The position numbers and the translations under genes were made by a program. A DNA stretch of 63,690 bases, the filler included, from Pelomyxa schiedti (lineage: Eukaryota > Protista > Evosea): assembly GCA_020536535.1 (NCBI GenBank). It is 11 parts of 11 records of this genome, joined end to end, with 100 filler letters (N's around TTAATTAATTAA, not from the genome) between each part and the next. Parts side by side here need not be neighbours in the genome. Positions count along the whole stretch, not along the records: positions 34,295 to 50,945 come from JAHLWZ010001142.1; 10 more parts are not named here. The stretch is one strand, 5' to 3'. Under the pieces are notes generated by a model. That model ran no database searches and had not been told where the DNA came from. It saw only the letters and a program-made list of their open reading frames with translations. Shown one piece after another: positions 36,259 through 49,935 of the stretch (positions are counted from its first letter, which is position 1; each line of letters begins with the position of its first letter).

Positions 36259-37443
36259 TCACAAGCGAGAGCTTTTAATGGCAAGGGCTGTGTCAGTGGA
36301 CTGCACTTTTCTGGCGAACCACATTCCTGTTTGTGCAAGGTGAACGGCATCCGAGGGGGCTAATACGGCTGCGTTTGTGGTTCCAGGTATCACTTCCGCG
36401 TACATGAAATTGAAGGGTTCCACTATCGTTGGTTGTAGGATGGGTGATGAAGCAATCAGGGTCTGGAAGTAATGCTCGTCCACAAAGCGGGAGCACTGGA
36501 AAAAGTCGAGTAAGTCTTGGGGTTTCCCACTGGTAGATGTTGTGTACTCGGCCGCTTCGCGTGACAATGCCCACCACCCTGAGCCACTCCACAGTGTTGC
36601 GTTGGTGACTGGCCATACACCTACAAATTTTCAAACTGTTGGTGGTATAAGATAGTGCACGAACCTTCTTCAACACCATGACACGAAAATACTCTGTCAT
36701 GCTTTGATGACCACTTTGTGGCTTCAATGTAATTGGACTGTGGATTAAGTGCCATTGTCTCACGTAATTTGCTTGGGGAGACGAGAGGATAGCTATCACC
36801 ACTCAGCAGTAGAGCATGCCTCCAATATTTATTCATTTGTAGTGCCTTACGGAGTAAGCCCAATGATACTTGTACCTAAGCTTTCATTCTGGAATTGAGA
36901 TTTCTTTGAATCATTTGCAGATGAATCCTACAACAATTCCCAAATAAATACCTGAGAAACTGTTGCATATTCCAATTTCTGTATGGTAACAGGAATCACC
37001 TTGGGGTTTGATCCATAATTCGAGTCCTTCAGCATGGCCAGCAGGTTGTCTGAAGAAGGTGGAACATGGATCAACCACAAATCTCCAGGTTGGTACAACT
37101 CGTCCATAAGGCGAATAGCGCCAGACATTGTTACCTTCACAAGTGCATGTAAAAAAAAAAAAAAGAGCTCCATCAACACGAGAACAAGAAGTACGTATGT
37201 CAAAAAAAAACAACAAAAAATTGAAACCTCGTTGTGCAAAACGACTAAGACCGCAAGTGCCGACGAGCCACGCGAATTTGAATTCGCGGCGGGAATGACC
37301 ACGAACCACGCCAAAGACAGCACCGAAACGCAGACTACAACCCCGCACGCCACAAACCACCTTCCCCATATCGACGACCCCTTGTTCGTTGCCGCTGCCG
37401 TAGGCGTGGTTTTCCGCACAGAGCCAGAGCCTCGCCCCCTCAT
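36259..37443 (-). CDS. Core-2/I-branching-type glycosyltransferase (GT14), type II membrane protein, multi-exon
   Basis: N-terminal TM; RLMDELYQPGDLWLIHV; HALLLSGDSYPL; QWVALSREAAEY; DEHYFQTL; WFARKV. Confidence 0.9.
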
Positions 37444-37510
37444 TCCGTATTTTCTTTCTTTTACCCCCGACTTCCTGGAAGTGGGTTTTCTTTTTCCCAC
37501 ATTACATTCA

Positions 37511-39433
37511 TTACAGAGTGACAACGAAACGAGACTTGGCATTGAAGCAGGCGCCGATCAATCTCGCCTCAGGGGTGTCGCTGCTGTAATGCGCAGTGGG
37601 CACCAGCTCACCCCACTCCATGGAACTCGCTGAGACCGACACCAGCACTGCATCTTCGTCATCACACGCGTCAGTCTCGGCCTCGGTCTCGGGCCGGGAC
37701 CAGGTGGTTCGGCGCACCATTGTATTTATCCTGGAGCTGTGCACGTGCCGTTCTTCTTCGGGGGTTGTTTCGTGTTCCCCCATCAGGTATGGGGCATCAC
37801 GACCTGTGTGGCGGTGCGTGAGTTCCGATTCGGGAGGGATTCTGGAGAAGGTATTATGGGAGGAGAGGAACCTGGACATATTATAAGCGGATCCTCGAAA
37901 AAGGTTGAACTGCACAGCAGATTGGCTTGAATGGGAATTATATGCCACGACGGAGAAATCGCGTTGCTAACTATAATGAGGTCGTCTGTACATATGATTA
38001 TATATCCAAGTGAATACGGAAGAAGTTGGGAGCAAGAACTGTGGAACCTGTTGCAAGGCAAATGGACCGACTGCCATTGCTCATTTGTCGCACCTGTTGT
38101 AAGGGAGGAATGTCCTGTTTTGTGTAGTGGATTGTTCCCATCTCCGTGACATGCAGTATTGGCTCTGAAACGAAGAAATTAGGCCATCTTTATTTACAAC
38201 AATAAAGAAGATACCACCGCGTCCTACCAAGTGTAATATTTCCTGGAACAGGGGATAACTCAGTTTCCGGGCTGGACTTGATCTACCAAGCCTAGGGTGC
38301 ATGGCGCACGCGAAGGAAATACACTGCTGTAGGGCAAGCATTGTGCCTATAAAGAGTTTGTCTGATACTTTATGGATGATACATACTGCACAAGACAGAG
38401 CTGAAGTCTTTTCCCGCACCAATAAGAAAGATAGGCGTATCTCCTTGAAGAGGAAACTTCCTAGGGGTATGAGACCGCTTGAATTCAGAGGGAGAGAATC
38501 CCAGTTGACCGTTGACATTTGAGCCAAATCCAAGGACATTATTTCCTAAGTGCTGTTACAGACATGAGGTACCAACTGCGAAAATTACCATCGTGCACAA
38601 TCGTGTGGTGTTGCCCAGTGGCCACACCAACAACACTTGTAACTCCAGCGATCACAACTTCCACCGGCTCTAGTGTATCACAACAAGAAGAAAAGCCAAG
38701 TTGTCCGTATTTGTTTCTGCCCCAGGTGAACAACTTCCTATTTAAGGGTTGGTATTCACAGAGGGCCTGTCCTTCCCATCACACAGCACCCAGGATTGCC
38801 AACAATTGCCGCCGTAAAGTGCTTGCCCGTGGCAACCTGTTGCACACGCCCAGCTAACCCTTCCACTCTCACAGGACTTGCCTGTAACACAGTATCACCA
38901 TTTCCCAGGCATCCATGCTTACCACATCCCCACGCCATCAATTCCCCCATATCTGCATGCCAAAGTCACTAAAACAAAAGAGAGAGATATAGAGTCACAA
39001 CATATATACCAGTAATTGCCATCACGTGGTCATAGCCAGCAACAACGGACACAAGCCTCTCCCTTCCCGGAAAACGCACCAACGCGGGGTTCTCCCTCTC
39101 GTCCTCGTCGCCGAGCCCCAGCACGCACGTGGCCGCGTCGTTGTATCCCCACGCGGACACCACCCCGCCGCGCTCGGCCTCCCCGTACCCGCGCTGGCGC
39201 TCGTGGCGCCGCAGCATGGCCGCCCGGGCCCGCCGGCGCCGCTCCTGCTGCCGCTCCCGCACCCGCTGCTGCGCCTGGGCCTGGGATTCCTCGCGCTGGG
39301 CCTCCTGCCGCTCCCGCTCCTCCCGCTGCTTCTTGGCCCGCTCCGAGTCCCGCTCGGACGCCGCCTCGCTGCATCGCCGCGTGCTCTTCGCCTTGCCCTT
39401 GCGCGATGATGCCCTGTTCTTGTTTTTTCCCAT
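37511..39433 (-). CDS. RCC1-repeat protein with charged N-terminus and a C-terminal HPRLG motif
   Basis: SAWGYND...VVAGYDHVMAI; LMAWGCGKHGCLGNGD...VATGKHFTAA; FTWGRNKYGQLG...VATGQHHTIV; then FACAMHPRLGRSSPARKLSYPLFQEILHLV. The 3' end is uncertain. Confidence 0.8.
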
Positions 39434-39532
39434 AAACTACAAGATTTAAAACCGTGGCAGAATCAAACAAGGGAATTGAGCGTTGAATTCGTTGTTGGGT
39501 GTGCTGTGCGGTGGTTGGTGGTTGGTGGTTGG

Positions 39533-42500
39533 TTAGCGGTTGGGCCCATAAACGACATCGTTGCCGCCCAGCAGTCTGTCAGCGGCCTCGGCCAAGTTCC
39601 AGTTGCACCCAAACAGTGCATCCCTGGCACTGCCCCTGTCGAGCCCCATCATATCAGATAGCTGGGTGATCAGCGCGTCGGCGTTTGCGGGCTCGGCCGG
39701 CATCGCCCCCACCCCGGAGCTGACCGTGCTCTCGGCGGCGCCCCCGCCCGAGCCCGGCTCCCTGTGCGTGCTGAGCCGCGAGGGCGGCTGCGTCCTCGGC
39801 GGCGGCTTGGGCCGCTTGATCACGGTGCTCGAGGGCGGCGTCAGCGAGCCGTCCTGCCACAGCACCACGGCCATGCTGTTGTCAGTCTCCTGCATCTCCA
39901 CCTCCTCGCCCGCTCCCACTCCCGCTTTTGCCGCGCTATCTTCGTCTGGGGTGTAGTTGTCTATCACTTCTAGATTGCCCGATTTTGCTGCCAAACTGCT
40001 TTTGTCTGTGGTGCTGCTGGACGTGGCTGTGTTGTTGTTGTTGCTGTTGCTGTTGGTGTTGCTGGGGTTGTTGCTGCTGTTGGTGTTGGTGTTGGTGTTG
40101 GTGCTGCTGCTCGATGCCGAAGAGCCTGGAGGTTGGGTACTTGTGCCTCCAGACTCTGGCGACTGCTCGTTTTTTGGACCGGCTGCGGAGTTGGGTGTGT
40201 TTTGTGATGCGGGTTTTGTTGCTGGTGGGGTGGATCCTGTTGTAGCGGGCGTAGTGGGGCCAGCGCCTTCGAGTGAGTGCGTCCTCAGGAAGCTGAGGTT
40301 TTTTTTGTTTTAGTGTGTTAGGGTTGGTTGGTGTGGAGTGGGGAAAAATGAGACTGCATACTCTTTCCAGCGCTTGGTTTCGAGGTAGTGTGGAAGTGGT
40401 GCTAAGGGATTGCTTTGTTTGTAATACAGGAGAGTGTAGTTCAACAGTTCCAGCTCGTCTTTGAGCTCTTGGTTGGCATTGGATATTTCCGTTGCAGGTG
40501 TCTCCACTTGCTTTTTTACAGCAGGTGAGGGTTAGGAAATCGATTTTTAACGTAAGAAATGTATACCGATGTTGTACCCAAAGAGCGTTTTAGGGCAACT
40601 AGAGTCTGGAAAAGTGGTTCAGCCACCCATTTTGAAGCCTCGGGTGTTGAGGGAACTCTTGCAGGGAGGGTCGCTTCATCCTTGGCATATTGCACCGCTG
40701 CAGGAGTGAACTGAGATCTGCGAATTTACACAAAAATTGTGAGCAGGTTATCCCAAGTATATGGCTATTCAGCATACCCCAGTTTTTCCTGCAAAAATGT
40801 TTCTATTGTTCTCAGCTCTGTGAGATGTTGCTCCAGGTATGCTCTCACTATTGGATGCGAATCGCGCATTTTTACCACAAAAGCGGTATTGTGAATAACG
40901 GAGAGGAGCTGGGTTGCAGTAGAAGTTTTGCTGGCATCTGCAATAAAAGCAAGAAGTCCTTTAGTGGATTGGTTGGTGCTGAAAGGGCTGAATAGTGTCT
41001 GGACACGGAAGGTTTGAAGACTATCGGGAATTCGGATAAAGGAATCCAGGAAAACTGAGAAGTTGGTAAGGGTTAACAATAGTTTTGTATTGATTGTCAT
41101 ACGGTGCATAACAGGGAACTTGTCGGTGTAATCTACAGTTTGCAGGGCAACATCTAATATGGTTCTTGAGTGATCGATACTTTCCCAAGAAAGGTGCTGC
41201 ATCATTTCTATCGTTGCTTTTGTGTTGTACTCCATATCCATGAAGTTGGACAGAAGCATCTGTTTTAGAAATGAGGGGAAAAAAACCAACAAAAGGGATT
41301 GGGAGAAAGTACCTCATTAAAAAGTTGTTTCAACGACACTGGAGTAGGTAGAAGCTCTCCAACCTGGAATGGTGGTTAGTTGTCAAAACAATGTGAGGGG
41401 AGAAGTACATAAGCATAGGGTGAGATGACATCAGTCTTGTTCGAGCATTGGCATGATCGAACAACAATCGAAAGTGTGTCAAAGAAATCGCGTAAATCGG
41501 GTAAATGTGTCCCATCGATGATGTTTGTCCGGTGTGTTTGGTCCTTCATAAAGATGAGGACTACTTCGTACCATTTACTCAAGTTACCTTCTTTGTATTA
41601 CCCTCAAAATAGTCCACAAAAAGGGCAATGATATCACTTTTCACAAGGAATTCCCGCTAAAAAAGCAAATAAATTCAATTCTTCACTCAAAAAGTGCATA
41701 CTTGTCTGGTTCCCATTTTTGCGAAAGCTAGCCATAACATCCAGTATTGCTTGAAACGCTTCCAGTATTCACGTGAGGTTTCCAACTGTGTGACCCATTA
41801 AACAGTGTATGTGAATAGTTTCAAAGTACGAGATCAATGACACTTGTCATAAACTGTAGCACCACAGCTTTAGGTCTTCTTGTTGATGAAGATTTTCCTG
41901 TTGACTAAAAATTTTAGGGAGCCTTCAAGAGCGTAAATACTCACAAGATCGCTAGATTCTACAACATCTTCAAAGTTCCAGATGTCATACTCATATGGAC
42001 TCAACAAGTTGATGCAGTGAATAAAAAGCTGGCAGTAATGCACACGGGCCTTTGAAAATGATGAGGAAAAACCAAGTCCATATTGAGGGGAACCAATTCT
42101 TCTTGGCATTCTAGAATAAGGTCCTTCACACTACCAAGAGCTATAGCTCTTTCCAGGAAATACTTGCATGCCTAGAAGAAGAAAGCAGTCAGAATCGTAA
42201 AAATGCATAAAACTTGAAGAGTAAATGTGTACAGGGATGTGCAGGGCAAAGCACTCCTGTAGCTCTTTGGTCCATTGACCAATAACCGCGTTATACTTGG
42301 CGTGCGATAGTGTCCCCAGTAAGAAGTTTACTGCCGATTTATACAGCTGGAAAAATTTATCCCCGTCCAGACAGTTGTACTCTTTTTTTTAGGTGAGAAC
42401 GTGGAAACTAGCAAGGGGGAATAACCTAAGACAGGAGGAGCTGGCTTCACAAGCTTTATCAACGATAGGAAGAAGTCAAAATAGTTTGCATCAATAAATT

Positions 42501-45500
42501 GCTTATCCCTCAAAAATCGTGCGTTGTCCTCCCAGACAATCCTTACCAGGTGCGGTTAGGTAGTTCCTTTGTTATATTTTAGTCTGTATTTATTTACTTG
42601 TAAATGTCTGGAGGAATGGACAATGGGATGTAGTCTGAAAGATGGGGATCCTAAAACAGGTTTAGTGGGAGGAGTAATAAGAGATAACTACATCTCGTTC
42701 ATAAAACAGGAGGTATGCACTGTTTGTTTTTGTACCTTCACGCTGAACAGTTTGTGAAAGTACGTTATCCCACACCTTGGTCAAGGCGCGACCTCCAAAA
42801 CAGTCGGAATTTAGATTGTCCTGACAAACATTAGTCAGATCGCCATTTAAAGAAAAGTTACAAGATTATATGGTGTGACAGTGGAATCATTGAATTCAAA
42901 CCAATATCGTGATTTACGATCTTTGATATATGAGTAATAATGGCCATAGTCAGCTGAACCACTGTGAACCAATACTCCAACAAGCTTGAAGTCATAATAA
43001 CTTGGGGGTTTGGAGATGACTGCAGATTCGGGACCGGCTTTATGTGTAGTGGAGTTCTCTTTCTCGGCCAGCCCCTCTTTTGTCCATGGTTTCATACAAA
43101 GTTCGAAGGGAAATTCAATATAGTCATTTAGCTTGACCCTCTTTTCTGCGTCGAAATCGTATTCAAATCGCTTGAGATGAAGGATCAGCACTGGTGGTAG
43201 AACACTAACACAGGAGCGGCGTTTCACGGTAAAGGGATGTGGGTATTCGTCGCATTTGAACTCTTCAATAGTGTCATGTTTAACAGCTAGGTCCAGTGCC
43301 TCTTGGAGTGTATGCTTGCTTTTTATGTCAAGTGTAATTGCATGGAACTCCTCTGTTTGCTCTGAATAGTAAGTGGGATCTGCAGACAGTGTCTGATTAA
43401 CCATTTTACCGACAAAGTAAGATGAGACACGGGATAGTGGTGACTGCGTAGGTGGAATGGGAAGTGGACGAAGTGAAGGAGCAGGTGCAACTGTGGGCAA
43501 GGGTTCAGTTGGGGGACTCACTGGGGGGGGTATGTCATTTGGTGGTGGAATTGCAGGAGATAGGGCCAGACCACTTATCTCTTCAGGGGTTGGTACTGGG
43601 GGAGTCCTTGTTGGTTTTGCGCCTGGCATAGGGGCTGGGCCGCCACTGGGCAATGGAGAATTTGACACAGCCTTTAACTGTTCCTCTAACCGCTGCCACA
43701 ATATATGGAAAAATTCGGTCACATCTTGTTGTCTATGAATTGCGTTGGGCTCTCCATGTATCTCACCCCAACATTTACAGAAGTTAGCTGTGTCAACTGC
43801 CCTTTTTTCAGTTTCAGTTAAATATCCAAATAGCAACTGAAGTTGATAGACAATTGATCTTGCATCGTCCGTACTGGGCAGAGAGTTGATAGTGCTCACC
43901 AGGCCTTTGATCATAAACAGTTGTTGGAGGAAAGAGTTCATGTAACAGGTGTTGCCACTGTTCTTGAGGCCGACAAATCCGTAGGTTGACTTACTCTCAG
44001 AACCAGGGTGTGTATCCCATGTATATGGGGGCCTAAAAAAGTGGGAATGAGGCTCCCTTTAATGTTGACTGACACAAACCTGATGGATACATTGTGATGC
44101 GACGATAGCAGTGTTGATAGTTCAGAGTAGTATGTGGAATTTGTGGTGCAAATTTGAACCATGAGTTGCATGGTTGCTTTTCTGGATCTTGGAGACTTGC
44201 ACTTGGGTAGGGCACTGGATTCAGTGTTCTTCAAAGCAAAGAGCCACTCATAGAGTAGTGGAATAATGGCTACACCAGAGGGGAGTACTGAACTGCACTT
44301 TTCCGGACTGTGCAATAGTAACACTTGCACAATTTCCAACAGTCCTACCAAAACTTCATCTGTTGTATCTGGTGTAGTTTCTAATATGGGGAGCTCCCAC
44401 AAATGCTTCAGAATAGGTGTGACAACTTCGAAGGTAAAGCTGAGGGCAGATAGAATGGTAACCATCTTCTTTAAAAGAGAAAAATATGCTTTTGCAGAGA
44501 CAAAGGCGGTTGTTGATGAATCGAATAGGGAAATCAAAGCGGCGGTGAGAGTCTTTTGGAAAGGAAAATCAAGCTGTAGGGCAATGTTGAACAAACCATC
44601 AGCAAAATCTTGCTTGACGGAATTATCAGTCCCTAGGACTAAGGATTGATATAAGTGACTCGGATTTGTGAAAGCTGCCAACAACGGATCCACAGTAGTT
44701 CTATCGATGACGGAAGAATTTTCATTTGCATTGTGGATGCAAAAGCCAATGAACTTCATCACGTAACAGATTATGTCATATGAACTCTTGCCGAAGGTAA
44801 TCGTTGGCGCTTTTCCAACACCCACAGTGTCCCACAGGATTCCTACTACAATGGGAAGAATCTTCTGGAAATTCACCTCAGGAAGAGCCACAAAAAAGGA
44901 AGACGAGCAGAAGAAAGATATAAGGCGAATTAGCAATGCTACGCAATGCTGATCAATGGAAGAGCGCACTTCACTGAAATTGATTCCTAAAAGAATATTG
45001 CATATATGCTGCAATCCTCCACTCTGGGTAAATTTTGAACACCACTTATCTCTTAAATCGTCATGCACCTTGTCCTCCATTGGGAACACGATCCCTTCAA
45101 CAATCTGAAGAGAGTACAACAGCTTGGAAAGACTGTGACTTTCTAACAGGCTTTCCCATCCAACTACTGGCGTTTCTGATTTCACTGTGGCGGCTACTTC
45201 AGTAGATGGGCTGGGTGTATTGCTCACGTCCAAGCCACCAGAACTCACAGAAGTGTGATTGAACTCAAAATTTTGGATGGCACTGAGCATTCTTGGAGAA
45301 GTTGGCATATTCAATAGCAGATCCCATACCATTGAAGAGAGGTTTTGATCATTTAAATCAAGCAGTTTGAACAAAACATTGAAGTGTGTTTCACTTGAAG
45401 CTATGATGTAACTGGGTAGACCAGCTAATTCAGAACCAGTAGCAGCTTGTTGTTCAGCAAGTTGTGCAGCTTCAATTAATATTGTTTTGCGGTACACCTC

Positions 45501-48500
45501 ATCACAAAGAGCTGTTGCCGTTTCTCCAACGTCCCAATATGACTTCGAAAGAGCTAACTTGGCCACATCCTTTGTAATCCCACACATTTCTGCAAGCTGT
45601 TGTGCTCGAGATTCACTGTCGGCAGGAGGTGGGGTGGGAGTTGCTTTGATAACCCTGTGAGAGTTCATAACAGTCGTCACATCTGGTGTGAGCTTATCAA
45701 GAACAACGGCAGTAACTTCCTGTTGATCAAAGAAATTCAGTTGACGCAAGGCGGTACTGTCGGACTCGATTACTTCAGCATTTATGGATAGGATAATTTG
45801 TTTTGGAGCAACAGCCCCAGGGAGATCACGTGCTATGGCATGCCTGAGATGTCCAATTGTTGCATCAACATGAAGTTCGTAACGAGATGTTTGGGTTGGT
45901 GCAGACGTGGTTATGATATGAGCAACAACCACAAGAGGTTTTCCACATGTACAGGAGCCATGATATTTCACAAATTTTCCAGCCTCACATTGGTTTACAT
46001 ACTGTCTCAACAAGGTGAGACACTGGCAAATGCGTTTTTGAAGGGCATCTGTTGGAGTAGAGGTATGCTGCTTCACTGCCTCAGTGAGAAACATCTTCGT
46101 AATTTTTAGGAGTGTTAAACAAAAAAAACCACATACCATACAACTGCGAATAAAATCTTCCCTAAGTTGAACTTGGGAGACAGTTTTATTCATTTCGGCT
46201 GACAGGTTTGCTGATAGTGAATGAAGAAACTGCACACTACTATCGTAAACCTTGGGATTTTCTGCAGTGAGGATTATCTCCCATAACTGCTGAATTCCAA
46301 GTAGATTATCAAGTGGCTTCAAGACTTCGAATTTTTCCTATAAAAAAAGTGAGAAAGGTGTGCACAATTCTTAAAAAAGAAGAAAGAAGTGTTTGGACTA
46401 AACCGAGCTTGGTTGCCAAGTCATTCTCTCTTCTTGCTTATTTGCATCACAAAACCACAAGCTGAAGCATCTGAATGCTGTAGTTGAAGTAACACAAGCG
46501 GCAAAGGAAGGCGCCAACATCCGTCTTACAAACAGACGCATAAAGGACCCATTGTCCAAAGCTTCATAGCCACCAGTGGGGGCCTCACGGGCACTCACTA
46601 ACCAGTAATAGCATTCGTCAGCCTCACTTTGCGAGATAGATGACGTTATGAGTGTGTCCCAAAGGGTGAAATAGTGTTCTTGTGCAATATCTCAATGTAA
46701 TTTAGTAATTGACACGCATAAGGCACAGTGAACCTTCAGCCATATGGGACAAAACAGTTTTCAGAAAGTTGAGTCGCACTTTCAGTTTGGGAATGTATTG
46801 AGTATTTGTCATCTCCTAAAGGAAACATTATAAGAAAGGATCTAAACTCAGGAGGAGACAACAGGAGTAAAGGTTTTATCCTCGAGTCCCTGCTTCCAGA
46901 AATTGTGATAGTCACACAGTTCTTGGAAGAAAATATCTACTAATTTATGCTCTGTGTTCATTTTTTCAACAAACTTTTCAGCAATTTCTTGATTGGAATT
47001 CACAGGGACTTTGGTTGGAAAAGAGCCTGCAAAATGTAAGATTAATAGGAACAGCAGGAATGGTTACATATTATAGCACTCATAAATTCATAACAGAGGC
47101 AAATTTGATTGTTTTGCTTGATGTTCTCAACAAGCCGACCAAACCATTCAATTCTGTTTGTTGAGTCAACCCCAACTAAAGACTGCATGGGGTACAAACC
47201 TCAGGTGTCTAAACTGCACACTCTTTGCTGCAGCTTGTAAGAAAGAAAGAGTTTTTGCTTGATTTTCCTGTGATACTTCTTTTGAAAGCATCGTTTCCCA
47301 CAGAAGTTCCATGAACTGAAACAGACCAAGTGAGCTATTTGTATAATTACTTTGTTATGTTGTACCTTGCTCTGTGAAAAAACGCATTTCATACTGAACT
47401 CATTGATCAAATGTAGTATTGTTGAAGTCAGACTGGGTATGGGTATGGACTAGAATACAATAAGATCAGTGGAAGGAACTCAATCCTTACCTTGATGCGT
47501 CCAAAAAGAATGCTTGTCTGCTCCTCAGAAAAGTACATGGCCTCGTCAATAAGAACTTGCATCATTGCAGTAGAAACAGACTCGTGTGCCGTCTGAGAAC
47601 ACAGTTAATAAATATAAACTTAAGTTGATGAAGGAACTGTTATCGTTGTCCAGAAAATATCGAAGTGAGTTGCATTGAGTGCCCTTTTTGAAGCAAGAAA
47701 TCTGAATAATTCAGAGGATTTCTTCAGGAGTTGCTGATGTGCTCTGCTACCAAAAAGTGATTCTATGATCTTGTTTGACTCGATACACCGTATCATGCGG
47801 GAAGAGTCTAGCCAAAGGGCACACTTTGGAGCAGCTTGAGATAAGGGCAGTGGTCCTATGAGTGGGGCATTCGTGACAGAAGTTACAGTGCCAGATGGGT
47901 TTAATGAGGCTGTCTGTAAAAATGAAATAAGAGGTAGTTCAAAAATATGGTACAACCTCTGCATTACGAATGTATGAAATCAGCATAGTTAGAATTTGTA
48001 AGCCATATAGCCTCTTATCAAAGAAAGGGCAGAGCACAAATTTGACTGCTACATCCATGTGCAACCCTTCAAGAAGTTCAGCTGTCTCCGTTTCTGTGAG
48101 AATCTGAATTGTGGTTTGTCCCATATTTCTAGACAGTGAACGACTTACGAAGTTGAAAATGAAAGACAGGTTCTGTATTATTTTGTCCATATCCTCTTTT
48201 CTCATAACCTTCACCTCTTCTTCTGATATTCTCAATAATCTAGAAATTACAATTGACTGGAAGCTGCTGAGAAAGGATTGCAGGGCTTCTTTTAGAAGGG
48301 CATCACTTCGCGTTATCTTGTGTGTATTAAAACTTTTTTCAACATGTAATCTAAACCTTGTAGAACAGCTCCACTATTATCCTGATGTGACTAATGCGGC
48401 AATTTGGGTGGCCCGTTTGAATGTGTGAAAATAGGTGAGTGAATCCCTCAATTCCTCCATACATATTCACCAATTCAATCAAAACAGGAGAGGCCTTCTC

Positions 48501-49543
48501 TGACTAGAAAATAATGAGTGGAAGGAATTCCCTTGTAGTGACTACACTACTTTTGCGAAAGCTTGTGGAGAAACAATAAACTGCTCAGGTATTTTCACTT
48601 TATTGAAATAAAGGTACTGATCTCCATCAAGTATGGTCAGTTGGGTGTCCAACAAGATTTCGATATCAACTCCCCGAATTGAGCCAGCATTTGAACCAGT
48701 CACAAGTGTATCAGTAAGTGTTAGAACTTGTTTCAAAAAATGCACAACTTTGACAAGAATTGCTTCCTCCTGGAACCTTGATTTCCAAAAAAAAAAAGGG
48801 TTCAGAAACAAAGAAGATTAAGGTTTGGATACAGGGCTGGGTACAAACTTGTGGTTCATAATCTTTCTTACAACCTGAGGCAGGCCAACAGTGCTGAAGT
48901 AAATCACTTGTTCACTCAAGTGCCTGTGAAGTTCCTCTAGTACTTTTCTCATATAATCACTCACTCTTGCAATGCACTCCAGGGTTTCCTTCTCTATTTT
49001 TTCCCCCGCATTAATGAAAAAGTCCAATCAACACAAAACACAACACAGCACAACTAACCGAAAAAGAAAAAAAAGAAAAAAAAAAAAAAAACGAATTCTT
49101 ATAATAAAAATAATAAAAAGTGCAGCCAGTGTAGAACGGGGTAGAGGTTCCCCACCAATATCGACTCTATTTGCCAGGGAATTCATCTCCGTCCTCAGTG
49201 CCTCTATCGCCGGCAAACTCGACTCCACCACAACCGCATCCGCAACCGTCGCCCCTTGTTGCTGTTGCTGTTGTTGTGGTGTTGATTGTGATGGTGATGG
49301 CGAGGGCGACCGCGACGGCGACGGCGACGGAGAGGGACGATCACTCGTCGGCGTCAGTGCCACGACGCTCGTCGCGGGTGCTGTTGGTGCTGTGGGTGTG
49401 GGGTCTGGGGCGCTGGTTGTGGTACTGGGGGCGGGAGGGGGCGGCGTAGTGGTAATTGTGGGAGGGGCCGTGGTTGTTGGTGTCGTCGTCGTTGCTGCTG
49501 CTGAGGCAGGTGCCGTTCCGTCCCCTGCAGCGCCGCTATTCAT
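39533..49543 (-). CDS. Giant ubiquitin-specific protease, USP9/USP24/USP34-like, multi-exon, with UBL and UBA-like domains
   Basis: Cys box GFVGLKNSGNTCYMNS; QQDVTEFF; LPPVLILHLKRFEYD; His box VLVHSGSADYGHYYSYIK...WFEFND. N-terminal helical region (FDKRLYGLQIL; HQQLLKKSSELFRFL). UBL-like and UBA-like segments in ORF 43938..46322 and a C-terminal UBA (QLSDMMGLDRGSARDALFGCNWNLAEAADRLL). Confidence 0.95.
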
Positions 49544-49935
49544 TTTTGGTTTTTTGTTTTAGGCCTCTTTTTTTTTTAAAAAAAATTGTTTATGGCTTTT
49601 TTCTCGTTCTTGATTAACTCATGGGCAAAACGAATAAACGAATTGGTTTGGTTTTTCCCCTCAAATAAGGGAGACTGGTTGTGTTGCGGGTGGTGTTGAT
49701 GGTGCAGCATTGTTTGGTGTTGGTGCTGGTGTGGAGTTGTCGAGTGTGGGGTTGCTTGTGCTTGTTGGAAGAGTGGGATTGGTAGTGGCAGTGGCATTTG
49801 TGTTTGTGTTGGACCACAGTTCCTCCATCATATTACTGTGTGGGGAGGCTTTGTCATCATCAGGAGGACCCATGCTACTTAGGGCATGATACCTAGAGTT
49901 GTTAGGTATTGTTTGTATTGTATTGTCGGCTGGAC

